A stretch of 64,000 bases of DNA from an uncultured delta proteobacterium. Its GTDB lineage: Bacteria; Desulfobacterota; WTBG01. Made by a program: the position numbers and the translations under genes. The stretch is from NCBI GenBank assembly GCA_963793865.1, contig CAWCBP010000001.1:463457-527456 (forward strand). Reading direction: 5' to 3'. Under the pieces are notes generated by a model. The model saw only the letters and a list, made by a program, of their open reading frames with translations. It was not told the DNA's origin and ran no database searches. This document shows positions 29,444 through 40,450 of the stretch, one piece after another. How positions within the stretch are numbered: position 1 is the stretch's first letter; every line of letters begins with the position of its first letter.

Positions 29444-31048
29444 ATGAAGGTTGTCACTGCGGAGATCATGCGACGGCTGGACCGCAAAACCATCGAAGAG
29501 GCCGGCATCCCCGGCATGGTGCTGATGGAAAATGCCGGCCGGGGCGTTGCGGGCGAGATATTCCGGGAATATCCCCGCATTCCCGGGGACAGGGTGGCAG
29601 TTGTGGCGGGAAGGGGGAACAACGGCGGCGACGGCTTTGTCATCGCCCGGTATCTCATCAACCGCGGGCTCGAGGTGCGGGTGTTTCTTCTCGCATCACC
29701 CGAAGCGCTGAAGGGTGACGCCGGGATGAACCTGGACATTCTCCGGCGGATGAAGGCGGACATCCGGGAAGTCACCGGTCAGGATGCCTGGAGGGCGGCG
29801 CGGCCGGAGCTTTCAGCCTGCGGGCTGATCGTCGACGCCATCCTGGGAACAGGGCTTTCCAGTGAGGTCGGCGGGCTGACCGCGGAAGTCATCAACCACA
29901 TCAACCGGACGGGAATACCTGTCGTGTCGGTTGACCTGCCCTCGGGGCTGCACGCCGATACCGGCGAGGTGCTGGGCACCTGCGTGAAGGCCGCTTGTAC
30001 CGTCACCTTCGGTCTGCCCAAGACAGGACTGTGCGTCCATCCCGGGGCGGACTATGCCGGACGGGTGAGGGTGATCGACATCGGCATTCCTGCCGCTCTG
30101 GTTGAAGCCGAAGGGATAAGGGACCGGGTGCTGACCTTTGACGATGCCTGCCGGATGCTCAGGCCGCGCGAGGCTGCGGCCCACAAGGGCGATTGCGGGC
30201 ACGTGCTGGTGGTGGCCGGCTCACCCGGTAAAACAGGGGCGGCCGCACTCTGCTGCGGGGGCGCTGCCGGCGCGGGCGCGGGTCTGGTAACCCTGGCCGT
30301 TCCGGAAAGCCTGAACGGCATCATGGAGGTGAAGCTGACCGAGGTGATGACGGAGCCAGTTCCCGGGGAAGTAGCCGGTTACTTCGGAGCCGGCAGTCTT
30401 GAAGCGGTGATGAAACTGATGGCGGGCAAGACGGTGCTGGCGCTGGGACCGGGCATTTCCACCCGGGCCGGGGCTGCACAGCTGGTCCATGGCCTTGTTG
30501 AGCGAAGCACCATCCCCCTGGTCATCGATGCCGACGGGCTGAATGCGCTGAGCGGCAGCCTGGAGGTGCTCAGCCGGGCAAAGGCACCGGTGGTGCTGAC
30601 CCCCCATCCCGGCGAGATGGCGCGTTTGGCGGGATCGGGCGCGCGTGAGGTGCAGCGTGACCGGGCCGGGGCGGCACGGGATTTCGCCAGGCGCTACGGG
30701 TGCTGCCTGGTGCTCAAGGGGGCGCGCACGCTGGTTGCGGAACCTGACGGGTCCGTTGCCGTCAATCTTACCGGCAATGCGGGCATGGCCTCCGGCGGTA
30801 TGGGAGACGTGCTCACCGGAATGATCGCGGGGTTCATGGCGCAGGGGTATGATGCCGCCCTCAGCGCGCGCGCGGCGGTTTTCTGCCACGGCATGGCCGG
30901 GGATCTGCTGGCATGCGAAGAGGGCCCGCAGGGGTTCCCGGCCGGCGATCTGATCCGGGTGCTGCCCCGCGTGCTTAAGTCCTTGCTGGAGCGCAGGCTT
31001 CCCGCATCCCTCGGCGCCGGGTATGCTTCGATGGATGCACGTTTGTAG
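29444..31048 (+). CDS. nnr: Bifunctional NAD(P)H-hydrate repair enzyme Nnr (epimerase + ADP-dependent dehydratase)
   Basis: YjeF-N (GNNGGDGFV) and a C-terminal carbohydrate-kinase-like domain (GPG...GGMGDVLTG). Confidence 0.85.
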   Translation: MKVVTAEIMRRLDRKTIEEAGIPGMVLMENAGRGVAGEIFREYPRIPGDRVAVVAGRGNNGGDGFVIARYLINRGLEVRVFLLASPEALKGDAGMNLDILRRMKADIREVTGQDAWRAARPELSACGLIVDAILGTGLSSEVGGLTAEVINHINRTGIPVVSVDLPSGLHADTGEVLGTCVKAACTVTFGLPKTGLCVHPGADYAGRVRVIDIGIPAALVEAEGIRDRVLTFDDACRMLRPREAAAHKGDCGHVLVVAGSPGKTGAAALCCGGAAGAGAGLVTLAVPESLNGIMEVKLTEVMTEPVPGEVAGYFGAGSLEAVMKLMAGKTVLALGPGISTRAGAAQLVHGLVERSTIPLVIDADGLNALSGSLEVLSRAKAPVVLTPHPGEMARLAGSGAREVQRDRAGAARDFARRYGCCLVLKGARTLVAEPDGSVAVNLTGNAGMASGGMGDVLTGMIAGFMAQGYDAALSARAAVFCHGMAGDLLACEEGPQGFPAGDLIRVLPRVLKSLLERRLPASLGAGYASMDARL

Positions 31049-31056
31049 GGCGTGAT

Positions 31057-31551
31057 ATGGGATGTCAGATCAGCATTGTATCGCACAGCCCCGATGAGAC
31101 GGCCGCCTGGGGCAGGAAGCTGGGGACGCTGCTTGAGGCCGGCGACGTCGTGGCATTGATCGGCGAGCTGGGCGCGGGCAAGACCACCCTGGCGCAGGGT
31201 ATCGCGCGGGGTGCAGGCATACCCGAGGAGAGCTATATTGCCAGCCCCACCTTCACCCTGATCAACGAGTACCGGGGAAGGGTGCCGCTCTACCATCTTG
31301 ACTTTTACCGCATTGAGGGCCCTTCCGATTGTGCGGGCCTCGGATTGGAGGAGTACCTGGGAGGAGCGGGCGTTGCCCTGATCGAGTGGGCCGATAAACA
31401 TGAGGCGCTGCTTCCCCGTGACCGCCTGACGGTCCGGCTGGCATACCTGGATGAAACCACGCGGAGGGCGGCGGTATCGGCAACGGGCGATCGTTCCGCC
31501 CGGCTGGTGCGGGCACTCCAAAAGATGCTGCCGGGCATGGAAGGTCATTGA
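31057..31551 (+). CDS. tsaE: tRNA threonylcarbamoyladenosine biosynthesis protein TsaE
   Basis: P-loop GELGAGKTT, SPTFTLINEY. About 160 aa. Confidence 0.85.
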   Translation: MGCQISIVSHSPDETAAWGRKLGTLLEAGDVVALIGELGAGKTTLAQGIARGAGIPEESYIASPTFTLINEYRGRVPLYHLDFYRIEGPSDCAGLGLEEYLGGAGVALIEWADKHEALLPRDRLTVRLAYLDETTRRAAVSATGDRSARLVRALQKMLPGMEGH

Positions 31552-31643
31552 GACCGTGCCCGGCCTGCGGAAGACTGATGGGCGGAGGCTGGCGTACGGC
31601 CCCGGCCCCGATGAAGCGATAGAAAGATAAGGAGGATATCACA

Positions 31644-32879
31644 GTGGCGCTGATTGTTCAAAAGTTCGGGGGTACATCGGTTGGTTCCATCGAGCGGATA
31701 CGGAACGTGGCCGGTAAGGTCGTGGGGACGAGAAAGGCGGGCCATGACTTGGTGGTGGTGGTTTCCGCCATGGCGGGAGAAACGGACCGCCTGATCAGGC
31801 TGGCAAAGGAGATGGCGGATAAACCGGACGGGCGGGAATATGACGTGATGGTTTCCACCGGCGAGCAGATTTCCGTTGCCCTGCTGGCCATGGCCATACA
31901 GTCCCTCGGCTATCACGCCGTCTCCCTGCTGGGCTTTCAGGTGAGGATTATCACCGACAGCGATTTTACCAAGGCGCGCATCGAGAGCATTGACACCGGG
32001 GCGATAGCCGGGGCGCTGAAAAAGGGAAGCATCGTGGTGGTCGCGGGGTTTCAGGGGATTGATGAGGGGGGCAACATTACCACCCTGGGCAGGGGGGGAT
32101 CCGATACCACGGCGGTGGCGCTGGCCGGCGTGCTCAAGGCCGATGTGTGCGAGATCTATACCGACGTGGAGGGGGTGTATACCACCGATCCTTCCATATG
32201 TCCGCACGCCCGAAAGCTGGAGCGCATATCCTATGATGAAATGCTGGAGATGGCCAGCCTGGGCGCGAAGGTGCTGCACACCCGCTCGGTGGAGTTTGCC
32301 AAGAAATATTCCATTCCCATACATGTCCGGTCCAGCTTTACTGAAAATGACGGAACCCTAGTCACCAAGGAGGATGCAATCATGGAAAAAGTTCTTGTGT
32401 CGGGTGTCACCTATGACAGGAATGAGGCCAAAATTACCATCGTGAAGGTGCCCGACACGCCCGGGACCGCCTCAAGGATTTTTACGCCCATCTCCCGGGC
32501 CTCCATCAACGTGGACATGATCATCCAGAACGTGAGCGAGGACGGGTGTACCGATCTCACCTTCACCGTTCCCGAAACCGAGGTGAACCGGGCCCTGGAG
32601 GTGGTCAGGAAGGTCGCCAGGGATATAGGCGCCGCCGACGTGCAGTGCAACAAGGATATTGCCAAGGTTTCCATCGTGGGCGTGGGCATGCGCAGCCACG
32701 CGGGCGTTGCCGCCAGGATGTTCGAGGTGCTGGCAGGGGAGGGGATCAATATCATGATGATCAGCACCTCGGAGATTAAGATTTCCTGCGTGGTGGACGC
32801 AAAGTATACCGAGCTGGCGGTGCGGGTGCTCCATGATGCCTTCGGCCTGGGCGGGAAGCCGGAAACTGCGGCAGGGTAG
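31644..32879 (+). CDS. lysC: Aspartate kinase
   Basis: KFGGTSV N-terminus, amino-acid kinase domain and two C-terminal ACT domains. GTG start with an AAGGAGG RBS. Confidence 0.9.
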   Translation: MALIVQKFGGTSVGSIERIRNVAGKVVGTRKAGHDLVVVVSAMAGETDRLIRLAKEMADKPDGREYDVMVSTGEQISVALLAMAIQSLGYHAVSLLGFQVRIITDSDFTKARIESIDTGAIAGALKKGSIVVVAGFQGIDEGGNITTLGRGGSDTTAVALAGVLKADVCEIYTDVEGVYTTDPSICPHARKLERISYDEMLEMASLGAKVLHTRSVEFAKKYSIPIHVRSSFTENDGTLVTKEDAIMEKVLVSGVTYDRNEAKITIVKVPDTPGTASRIFTPISRASINVDMIIQNVSEDGCTDLTFTVPETEVNRALEVVRKVARDIGAADVQCNKDIAKVSIVGVGMRSHAGVAARMFEVLAGEGINIMMISTSEIKISCVVDAKYTELAVRVLHDAFGLGGKPETAAG

Positions 32880-32909
32880 TGCGTCACCTCATCCGATCGG
32901 AGAAATCAC

Positions 32910-34481
32910 ATGCGGGACGTAACACTGTACGACACAACCTTGCGGGACGGCTCTCAGGCCGAGGATATCGCCTTTACCGTCGAGGACAAGCTGCGCATTG
33001 CCAGGAAGATTGATGAGCTGGGCATCCATTACATCGAAGGAGGATGGCCGGGGTCCAATCCCAAGGATGCAGAGTTCTTCAAGCAGGCGCGCGACCTTTC
33101 CCTCAAGCACGCCACCATCGTCGCCTTCGGCAGCACCGCAAAGGCCGGCACCCCGCCGGAGGAAGACCACAACCTGAAGGCGCTGGTCAAGGCCCGCACC
33201 GGAGCGGTGACCGTGTTCGGGAAAAGCTGGGACATTCATGTAAAGGACGCCCTGCACATCAGCCTCGCGGAAAACCTGCGCCTCATAACCGATACCGTCG
33301 CCTACCTCAAGCGGCAGTGCGCCACGGTATTTTTTGACGCGGAGCACTTCTTTGACGGCTTTGCCGCGAATCGCGCATACGCCCTCAAGACCGCCCAGGC
33401 GGCGGCCGCGGCCGGGGCGGATTGCGTTGTCCTCTGCGATACCAACGGGGGCACGCTGCCGGACAGCCTGCGGGACATCATCGGCGGGGTGCAGGGCCAT
33501 CTCAAGGGGACCCCGCTCGGCATCCATACCCACAATGACTCGGAAGTGGCGGTGGCCAACAGCATCATCGCCGTGCAGCTGGGCATCAGCCAGGTCCAGG
33601 GAACCATCAACGGCATGGGCGAGCGCTGCGGCAACGCCAATTTATGCTCCATCATACCCAACCTGGTGCTGAAGCTCAAGCTGCCCTGCATCACCGCCAG
33701 GCAGCTCGCCGGGCTGCAGGAGGTGTCACGCTTTGTCTATGAACTGGCCAACCTGCAGCCGCTCAGCCGCCAGCCCTATGTGGGAAGAAGCGCCTTTGCC
33801 CACAAGGGCGGCGTCCACGTCAGCGCCATCACCAGAAAGCCCCGGACCTATGAGCATATCGTTCCCGGCCTGGTGGGCAACGTGCAGCGGGTTTTAATCT
33901 CCGACCTCTCGGGCAAAAGCAGCATTTTGCAGAAGGCCAGGGAGTTCAAGATCAACATTTCAAGCAAGGACCCGGTGGTGCAGGAGATCATGGAGCGCCT
34001 GAAGCACCTCGAAAACCAGGGGTATCAGTTTGAAGGCGCCGAGGCATCCTTTGAGCTGCTGATGATGGAGGCGCTGGGCACCCGTCGGAAGTATTTCGAG
34101 CTGGTGGGCTTCCGGATCATCAACGAGCGCCGGCCCGGCGATGAGAGCCTCTGCGAGGCGACCATCATGGTCAGGGTCGGCGGCAGAACCGAGCACACCG
34201 CCGCGCTGGGAAACGGGCCGGTGAACGCGCTCGACAACGCCCTGCGCAAGGCGCTGGAAAAATTTTATCCCCAGCTCAAGCAGACATCGCTTATCGATTA
34301 CAAGGTGCGGGTGCTCTCCTCGGGTCAGGGCACGGGCTCCCGCGTGCGGGTGCTGGTGGAATCGGGAGACGGCGCCCACACCTGGGGCACCGTCGGCGTG
34401 TCTGAAAACATCATTGAGGCAAGCTGGCAGGCGCTGGCCGACAGCGTCAACTACAAGCTCTATAAGGATGAACGCAGATAA
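32910..34481 (+). CDS. cimA: (R)-citramalate synthase (LeuA family, type 2)
   Basis: [11 protein letters not shown], the HxH metal site (GIHTHND) and a C-terminal regulatory domain. About 520 aa, next to lysC as in Geobacter. Confidence 0.8.
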   Translation: MRDVTLYDTTLRDGSQAEDIAFTVEDKLRIARKIDELGIHYIEGGWPGSNPKDAEFFKQARDLSLKHATIVAFGSTAKAGTPPEEDHNLKALVKARTGAVTVFGKSWDIHVKDALHISLAENLRLITDTVAYLKRQCATVFFDAEHFFDGFAANRAYALKTAQAAAAAGADCVVLCDTNGGTLPDSLRDIIGGVQGHLKGTPLGIHTHNDSEVAVANSIIAVQLGISQVQGTINGMGERCGNANLCSIIPNLVLKLKLPCITARQLAGLQEVSRFVYELANLQPLSRQPYVGRSAFAHKGGVHVSAITRKPRTYEHIVPGLVGNVQRVLISDLSGKSSILQKAREFKINISSKDPVVQEIMERLKHLENQGYQFEGAEASFELLMMEALGTRRKYFELVGFRIINERRPGDESLCEATIMVRVGGRTEHTAALGNGPVNALDNALRKALEKFYPQLKQTSLIDYKVRVLSSGQGTGSRVRVLVESGDGAHTWGTVGVSENIIEASWQALADSVNYKLYKDERR

Positions 34482-35049
34482 GATCCGTTTCAGCCGGGAG
34501 CAGTGCCGGATCATGTTCGGCATGGCGGTTGCGGTGCTGGTCCTGTTTTTGTGCCGCTTCGGTCTGCCGGTCGGCGGCGCCGCGTCAGTTACTCCCGCGA
34601 CGAAGGCGGGGCACAAGCGCCCGCCCTTTGTCATCGAGCTGGCCGGAGGGGTGGCCCGGCCGGGAGTGTACAGCTTTTTCAATCAAACGGGCTTTGCCGC
34701 GGCGATACGCGAAGCGGGCGGACTGGAGAGCGGGGCCTTCGTGCCGGAAGATGTGCTGCGTGCGGCGCCGGTGAACGGCTCGCTGCTTTCCATCGGAACC
34801 GGTCCCGGGTCAACCGCGGTAACGCTGATGGATCCCCACAAGCGTTTCCTCTATTGTGTACCTTTTTCGATCAATCTGGCCGGTGCTGAGGAGCTGGCGC
34901 TGGTGCCGGGCATCGGAGAAAAAACCGCCCGCGCCATTGTGAGCTACCGGGAGCGGTACGGTGCCTTCCCGCGGCTCCAATCGCTGCTTGAGGTTCCGGG
35001 CATCGGGCGGCACACCTTCGAGCGGATGAAAGCGTTCCTTGAGGTCTGA
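34468..35049 (+). CDS. ComEA-like helix-hairpin-helix DNA-binding protein
   Basis: Signal/TM segment, then [28 protein letters not shown]...LLEVPGIG tandem HhH. Confidence 0.75.
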   Translation: MNADKIRFSREQCRIMFGMAVAVLVLFLCRFGLPVGGAASVTPATKAGHKRPPFVIELAGGVARPGVYSFFNQTGFAAAIREAGGLESGAFVPEDVLRAAPVNGSLLSIGTGPGSTAVTLMDPHKRFLYCVPFSINLAGAEELALVPGIGEKTARAIVSYRERYGAFPRLQSLLEVPGIGRHTFERMKAFLEV

Positions 35050-35052
35050 CCC

Positions 35053-35922
35053 TCACCCGGGCGGTGACAGGAAGGAGCGGGCATTCTCCCGCAAAATCCG
35101 CCGCTTCATTTCCTCTTCCACGGCAAGCTCGCTGAAATAGCGCGCGTAGGAGAGGATTTCTTCTACGGGGTTTGAGACCAGGACGGCATCCGATCCTGAC
35201 AGGATGCGGGTATGAAAGGCTTGAATAAAGGAGCAGTAGCGGGGGTTGTTTTTCCTGAGCACCGCGATGAGGTACGAAGGGTCGGTATAGGCGTTCCGGA
35301 AGCGTTCAAGCAGCTCCGTAATCCTGCGCAGGCTGTATCCCAGGTGGGGAATGCAGATCCTGAGACGGGGGTAGGCGGTGAGCATCTCGCGCAGCCAGTC
35401 GAAATGCTCCGCAAGGTTGACGTGGTAGAGGAGGGGCAGGTTGCGCTCCTGGGCGCAGCTGAAAATGTCCCCCTGGACGCGTCGGTAGCGCTCCTGTGAT
35501 ATGCCCAGTGCCTGGGGGATGCCCTGGATGGCGAGCACCCTGTCCGCTTCGGGGATATACGCGCCCTTGATGCCCGCCCACCCCGAGACCCCGGGAGCGT
35601 CCAGCAGCGGCCCGGGGTGTTCGGTCACAAACCGCACATCCAGGAAAGGCGCGATTGTTTCCTCAAAGCCGTATTCCCGCGTCCAGGCATTGAGCAGCTC
35701 GGTTTCATCGCTGTTGGCGGCGCTGATGATGGGGCGGATGTGGTCGGGCGCCAGGCTGATCTTGAGCTCGTAGCTGAAGTTGTGGAGGGGGAGCGCGGTG
35801 ATGACGATTTTCTCAAGACCGCGGGCGGTGAGGGCGGTGATGGTGCGCTTGAAGAGGGCGCCGTCTGCCGGCCTGAGAAAGCCGTGCACGTGCGCATCAA
35901 TAAACGGTTCAGGCTGCGTCAT
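35053..35922 (-). CDS. Amidohydrolase family (TIM-barrel metal-dependent hydrolase, amidohydro_2-like)
   Basis: N-terminal IDAHVHGF metal-binding HxH and later HLGY / SGSD motifs. Confidence 0.6.
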   Translation of the reverse strand: MTQPEPFIDAHVHGFLRPADGALFKRTITALTARGLEKIVITALPLHNFSYELKISLAPDHIRPIISAANSDETELLNAWTREYGFEETIAPFLDVRFVTEHPGPLLDAPGVSGWAGIKGAYIPEADRVLAIQGIPQALGISQERYRRVQGDIFSCAQERNLPLLYHVNLAEHFDWLREMLTAYPRLRICIPHLGYSLRRITELLERFRNAYTDPSYLIAVLRKNNPRYCSFIQAFHTRILSGSDAVLVSNPVEEILSYARYFSELAVEEEMKRRILRENARSFLSPPG

Positions 35923-36123
35923 CAGCGGTGCCTTCCAACAAAAGATTGACAAAGGAAAACGCACTGTGTACAGTTAGCATCTGCCGGCAGGCTTGCTGCC
36001 CCGGGGGCGTTGCGGACCGGGAAGGAGGTCGGATGCCGGCTCCTGCCCGGCGGTGCGGAAGTGCGGTGAAGCGGGGCAGCATGATCCGAAAGATATGTAA
36101 ACGCATGTGCGAGAGAGGAGTCC

Positions 36124-36828
36124 ATGCCCAGAAAAATAAAAGTGCAGCGCAAAGACGTCAATGAACCCGATGAATTCATCTCCACCTCAAGCCAGGTCGT
36201 GGCTTATGTTAAGACGCGCTACCGGTTGCTGGCGCCCGCCGCAGGTGCGGTGCTGCTGCTGGTGCTGATCGCCGTCGTCTGGTACTACTACCGGGCGGGA
36301 AGAGAGCAGGATGCCCGGGCATCGTTTAATCAGGCGGTTGCGCTCTATCAGGCACCGGGCCCGGCGGAAACCGACAGGCCTTCAGACCGGAAGTACCGCG
36401 ATGCACTTACGCAGTTCAGCGCCATTGAGGAAAAGTATCCGGGCACCGACTCGGGGGTGCATGCCCTGTTCTACCTGGGTGAGAGCTCCTACCACCTGAA
36501 GGAATACGACAAGGCAATTGACTTCTATACCCGCTTCATCAAACGCTCCCGCCCGGGCAATTACCTGCGATCGTATGCGTACGAGGGATTGGGATACTGC
36601 CATGAAGAGAAGCAGGACTACGCCACGGCCGTCGAATTCTACGGGCGGTCACTGCAGGAGCAATCCAATGCGCTGCCGGACCTGCTGTACGTTGCCATGG
36701 CGCGATGTTATGAAGCCCTGAATGACAAGACGAAAGCACTTGATTACTACAGGAAGGTGACCGGCGAAAAAGACGGATCGGTGCTGTTGACCATTGCCGC
36801 CGACAGGATTGCCTCCCTCGCGCCCTGA
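36124..36828 (+). CDS. Tetratricopeptide-repeat protein with N-terminal membrane anchor
   Basis: TM segment LLAPAAGAVLLLVLIAVVWYYY followed by TPR-like repeats (ALFYLGESSYHLKEYDKAIDFY...). Confidence 0.65.
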   Translation: MPRKIKVQRKDVNEPDEFISTSSQVVAYVKTRYRLLAPAAGAVLLLVLIAVVWYYYRAGREQDARASFNQAVALYQAPGPAETDRPSDRKYRDALTQFSAIEEKYPGTDSGVHALFYLGESSYHLKEYDKAIDFYTRFIKRSRPGNYLRSYAYEGLGYCHEEKQDYATAVEFYGRSLQEQSNALPDLLYVAMARCYEALNDKTKALDYYRKVTGEKDGSVLLTIAADRIASLAP

Positions 36829-37276
36829 CTCAGGCCGTTGCTTCCCGGGACGGTTTTGACGCCGCGGCGCGATCGCGAACCTTTCTTTGCTTCAGTTTCA
36901 GATCGCATTTATGCCTTTTTCTTTTGTGCTTGAACTTTGATCGGGCCATTACTGAATCCTTCTCCCTTCCGTTAAATCGTGGTAAATGATGTAAGCCCCT
37001 GTAGATTCCTTCCCCATCCTGCCGTGCCTTCTATATTGCACGCATGCAGACCGTACAATTAAGCATGAAAGGCGCCCCATTGTCAATACCTAATCGCCCT
37101 TGCCGCCCTCGCGGACAAGGACCCTGGAATTATTTGCGGCCGGGAGACAAGTGTGTTATTATTCTTTTAATAGAAATTTAATTATTTTTCATGCTTCATG
37201 CTGATCTGCACAGGCAGGTTGCATTAACAAAGAAATGCGGTCTCTGAACGTAAGAGGCTCCCTGGAAAGGATGCGT

Positions 37277-39025
37277 ATGGCGGTTGGAACACTTCCCGAC
37301 CCGAAAGAACTGGAAAAAGAGCTGAACGAGTACCTCACCAAGAAGTACGGCGACCGGATCAAATTGGCCACGCCGGTGGCCATGCCGCTGAAGGAAGAAG
37401 GGGTGCTTGATGGAGAGGGGGAAGCGCCCTCGCGGTCAAGGAAAATAGCCTTTGATTTAAAGCCGGAAGAGCTGGAAGCCTATCTTGACCAGTTCGTGGT
37501 CAGACAGGGCGATGCCAAGGAGGTGCTGGCCACCAAAATTTGCACCCACTTTAAACGAATACAGTACCGGGAGGCATGCCGGGGCCGGGACAATTCCGAC
37601 CGGGTGGGAATGATCAAGAACAACATCATCATGATCGGTCCCACGGGTGTGGGGAAAACCTACCTCATCAGGCTCATCGCCAAAAAGATCGGCGTACCCT
37701 TCGTGAAGGGGGATGCCACCAAGTTCAGCGAAACCGGGTACGTGGGCGGCGACGTGGAGGACCTGGTGAGAGACCTGGTGCGCGAAGCGGACGGCGACAT
37801 TGAGCTCGCCCAGTGCGGGATCATTTACATCGATGAAATAGATAAAATAGCCTCGGGCGGCACGGTCATCGGCATCGACGTATCACGCACCGGGGTGCAG
37901 AGGTGCCTGCTGAAGCCCATGGAGGAAACCGAGGTTGACCTTAAGGTTCCCCACGACCTGGTGTCGCAGATGGAGGCCATGGAGCAGTTTCGCAAAACGG
38001 GCAAGAAGGAGAAGCGGGTCATCAACACCAGGGACATCCTGTTTATCGTGAGCGGGGCCTTCAACGGCCTGAGCGAGACCATCAGAAAGCGTGTGGCCAG
38101 ACAGGGGATCGGATTCGGCGCGGAGCTTAGGAAGAGCGATAATGACGCGGACTATCTGAAAATGGTGACCCCGGAGGACCTGATCAATTACGGGTTTGAA
38201 TCGGAATTCGTGGGCAGGCTGCCGGTGGCCACCGTGTTTGACAGGCTGGAAGTGGATGACCTGTTTCACATACTCAGGCACCGCAACAGCACGGTGATTA
38301 ACGCCAAAAAACGGGATTTCCGGTCCTACGGCATCGATCTGCGCTTCGAGGAGGATGCCCTCTACACCCTTGCGGAGCGCGCCTGCGGACACAATACCGG
38401 TGCCCGGGGCCTGGTCAGCGCGGTGGAAGGCGTGCTGATGAAGTTTGAGAAGAAACTTCCCTCGACCTCCATCAAACGACTGCTGGTGACCAGGGCGCTG
38501 GTGGACGATCCCGCCGGATCACTGCAGGCGCTGTTGGAGCAGGGGGAGAGCAGCGTCGACAGGAAGCGGTACCGGAGGGCGGTTCTCAAGGAAAAGAAGG
38601 AATTGCGGGAGCACATTGTCAGGCAGAAGAACAGCTTTCCCCGGGAGCAGCGGGATCTGCTGAAGGGTGCACGGCTTTCGCTCCTGATCGACCGGGTGGT
38701 GATGAAGGGCTCCGAGGTGACCGCCGTGCTCGAAAAGATCCATTCGCTGATTGAGGAGGTCAGGCAGTACGAGGAGCTCTTTTTTGAGGAATGCGGAATT
38801 AAGATCGTGTTTGAAGACCGGGCGGTAGACAGCCTGATAAAGCGCTCTTTGGAGGAGGGAACCGCCGTGGAGGAGCTTTTAAGCGCGCTGCTGAAGAATT
38901 ATCAGCGCGGGCTCACGCTGATCCAGGAGAAGAACGGCATTCACCAGTTTGCCCTCAGCCGCGAGGCATTGCGGGATCCGGAGGGGTACCTGGACCGCCT
39001 CATTAAACAATCTTACTCACACTGA
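37277..39025 (+). CDS. ClpX-family AAA+ ATPase lacking the N-terminal zinc-finger, with a C-terminal extension of about 180 aa
   Basis: [48 protein letters not shown] (ClpX/HslU-type Walker A region) and [11 protein letters not shown] (Walker B). No CxxC pairs at the N-terminus. Confidence 0.7.
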   Translation: MAVGTLPDPKELEKELNEYLTKKYGDRIKLATPVAMPLKEEGVLDGEGEAPSRSRKIAFDLKPEELEAYLDQFVVRQGDAKEVLATKICTHFKRIQYREACRGRDNSDRVGMIKNNIIMIGPTGVGKTYLIRLIAKKIGVPFVKGDATKFSETGYVGGDVEDLVRDLVREADGDIELAQCGIIYIDEIDKIASGGTVIGIDVSRTGVQRCLLKPMEETEVDLKVPHDLVSQMEAMEQFRKTGKKEKRVINTRDILFIVSGAFNGLSETIRKRVARQGIGFGAELRKSDNDADYLKMVTPEDLINYGFESEFVGRLPVATVFDRLEVDDLFHILRHRNSTVINAKKRDFRSYGIDLRFEEDALYTLAERACGHNTGARGLVSAVEGVLMKFEKKLPSTSIKRLLVTRALVDDPAGSLQALLEQGESSVDRKRYRRAVLKEKKELREHIVRQKNSFPREQRDLLKGARLSLLIDRVVMKGSEVTAVLEKIHSLIEEVRQYEELFFEECGIKIVFEDRAVDSLIKRSLEEGTAVEELLSALLKNYQRGLTLIQEKNGIHQFALSREALRDPEGYLDRLIKQSYSH

Positions 39026-39035
39026 ACGGAAGGCC

Positions 39036-40010
39036 ATGGCTGCAAAAAGAGATTACTACGACATTCTGGGGGTAAAAAAAACCGCCTCGGAGGAAGAGAT
39101 CAAGAAGGCCTATCGCAAGCAGGCCCTCAAGTATCATCCGGACAGGAATCAGGGCAACAAGGAGTCGGAGGAGCGGTTCAAGGAGGTGAGCGAGGCCTAC
39201 GCGGTGCTCAGCGATAAGAAAAAGAAGCAGGAATATGATGCCGTGGGATACTCGGGATTTCACCGCCGCTACAGCCAGGAGGACATTTTCAGAGGCTTTG
39301 ATATCGGCGACCTGTTCAAGGATTCCGGCTTGGGGACGGAGGACATTTTCAGCACCCTCTTCGGCGGAGGCAGGAGAACGTCGAAAACGGTCAACTTCCA
39401 GGATTTCTTCAATGCATACGGCCGTGACGCGGGCGGGGGCCCCTTTTCGGGAGCTGCGGGAGGCCGCTACTACAGTCCGCCCCAGAAGGGTGCGGACGCC
39501 ATCTACGACCTGTCCATAACCCTGGAGGAGGCCGCCGCCGGCACCTCCAAGCAGATCGCCTTCCGGGACGAAGACGAAACCCTGAACAGGGTGAACATCA
39601 AGATTCCCCCCGGCATCAGCACCGGGAAAAAGCTGAGAATCGCGGGTAAGGGACAGCGCGGATCGGAGGGGGGCCAGCACGGCGATTTGTATATCAGGAT
39701 AACCGTGCTCGATCATCCCCTCTTCAAGCGGGAGGGGAGCGATCTCTATTGTGACAAGGAGATTCAGTTCACCCAGGCGGCACTGGGGTCCACCATAGAG
39801 GTGCCCACCCTGGAAGGCGCGACGCGGAAGGTGAAAGTCCCGGCAGGCACGCAAAGCCACAGCAGGATCAGGTTGCGGGGATACGGTCTTCCCCACTTTC
39901 AGGGAAAGGGAAAGGGCGATCTCTACGTGCGGATGGTGGTGAAGGTCCCCGCCAGGTTCGACAGGCATCAGCGCGGCCTGCTTGAGGAGCTGGCGAAGGA
40001 AGGCATCTGA
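39036..40010 (+). CDS. J-domain chaperone, CbpA/DnaJ class II type (no zinc-finger CxxCxGxG repeats)
   Basis: DYYDILGV...[15 protein letters not shown] (HPD), a G/F-rich linker and the DnaJ C-terminal substrate-binding domains. Confidence 0.85.
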   Translation: MAAKRDYYDILGVKKTASEEEIKKAYRKQALKYHPDRNQGNKESEERFKEVSEAYAVLSDKKKKQEYDAVGYSGFHRRYSQEDIFRGFDIGDLFKDSGLGTEDIFSTLFGGGRRTSKTVNFQDFFNAYGRDAGGGPFSGAAGGRYYSPPQKGADAIYDLSITLEEAAAGTSKQIAFRDEDETLNRVNIKIPPGISTGKKLRIAGKGQRGSEGGQHGDLYIRITVLDHPLFKREGSDLYCDKEIQFTQAALGSTIEVPTLEGATRKVKVPAGTQSHSRIRLRGYGLPHFQGKGKGDLYVRMVVKVPARFDRHQRGLLEELAKEGI

Positions 40011-40072
40011 GAAGACTTCGCGGTGATGGAAGATGATGGGATATGCAGACGGGGGCAGCCGCGGGCCGCCCC

Positions 40073-40414
40073 TTATTTTTTCATGAAGCCGAATTTGACC
40101 TTCTGCTCCTCGCCGTTCTGGCCTCCATTGCCGGGCATTCCCCCGTCCATCTGCTTCTTGAGCCGGTGAACGGTGAGGGTCAATTCCTGCATCGATTTTT
40201 CCCTTTCCTTAATGGTGGCCTCGTATGTGCCCGCCTGCTCAAGCAGCTGCTTGAGCGCCTGGTCCCGGGCCTGCAGCTCCTCTTTCAGACCGCTGATGAT
40301 GTTTTCCAGCTCCGCCACTTTGGACTGGTGGCTTTTCATGGCCTCATCGTAATATCGTTTCTGGTCAAGGTATTTCTGAATGATTGAGAAGTCAGCGTAG
40401 GATTCCTGTGCCAT
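40073..40414 (-). CDS. Coiled-coil hypothetical protein
   Basis: 113 aa with heptad-rich KVAELENIISGLKEELQARDQALKQLLEQ. No family assigned. Confidence 0.4.
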   Translation of the reverse strand: MAQESYADFSIIQKYLDQKRYYDEAMKSHQSKVAELENIISGLKEELQARDQALKQLLEQAGTYEATIKEREKSMQELTLTVHRLKKQMDGGMPGNGGQNGEEQKVKFGFMKK

Positions 40415-40450
40415 GGTTTTTCTCCGTACCGCGGTGATCTCGCAATACCG

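Noticed and set aside
30694-31548. 284-aa ORF on the - strand overlapping nnr/tsaE
   Set aside because: Antisense shadow. nnr and tsaE have strong family motifs on the + strand.
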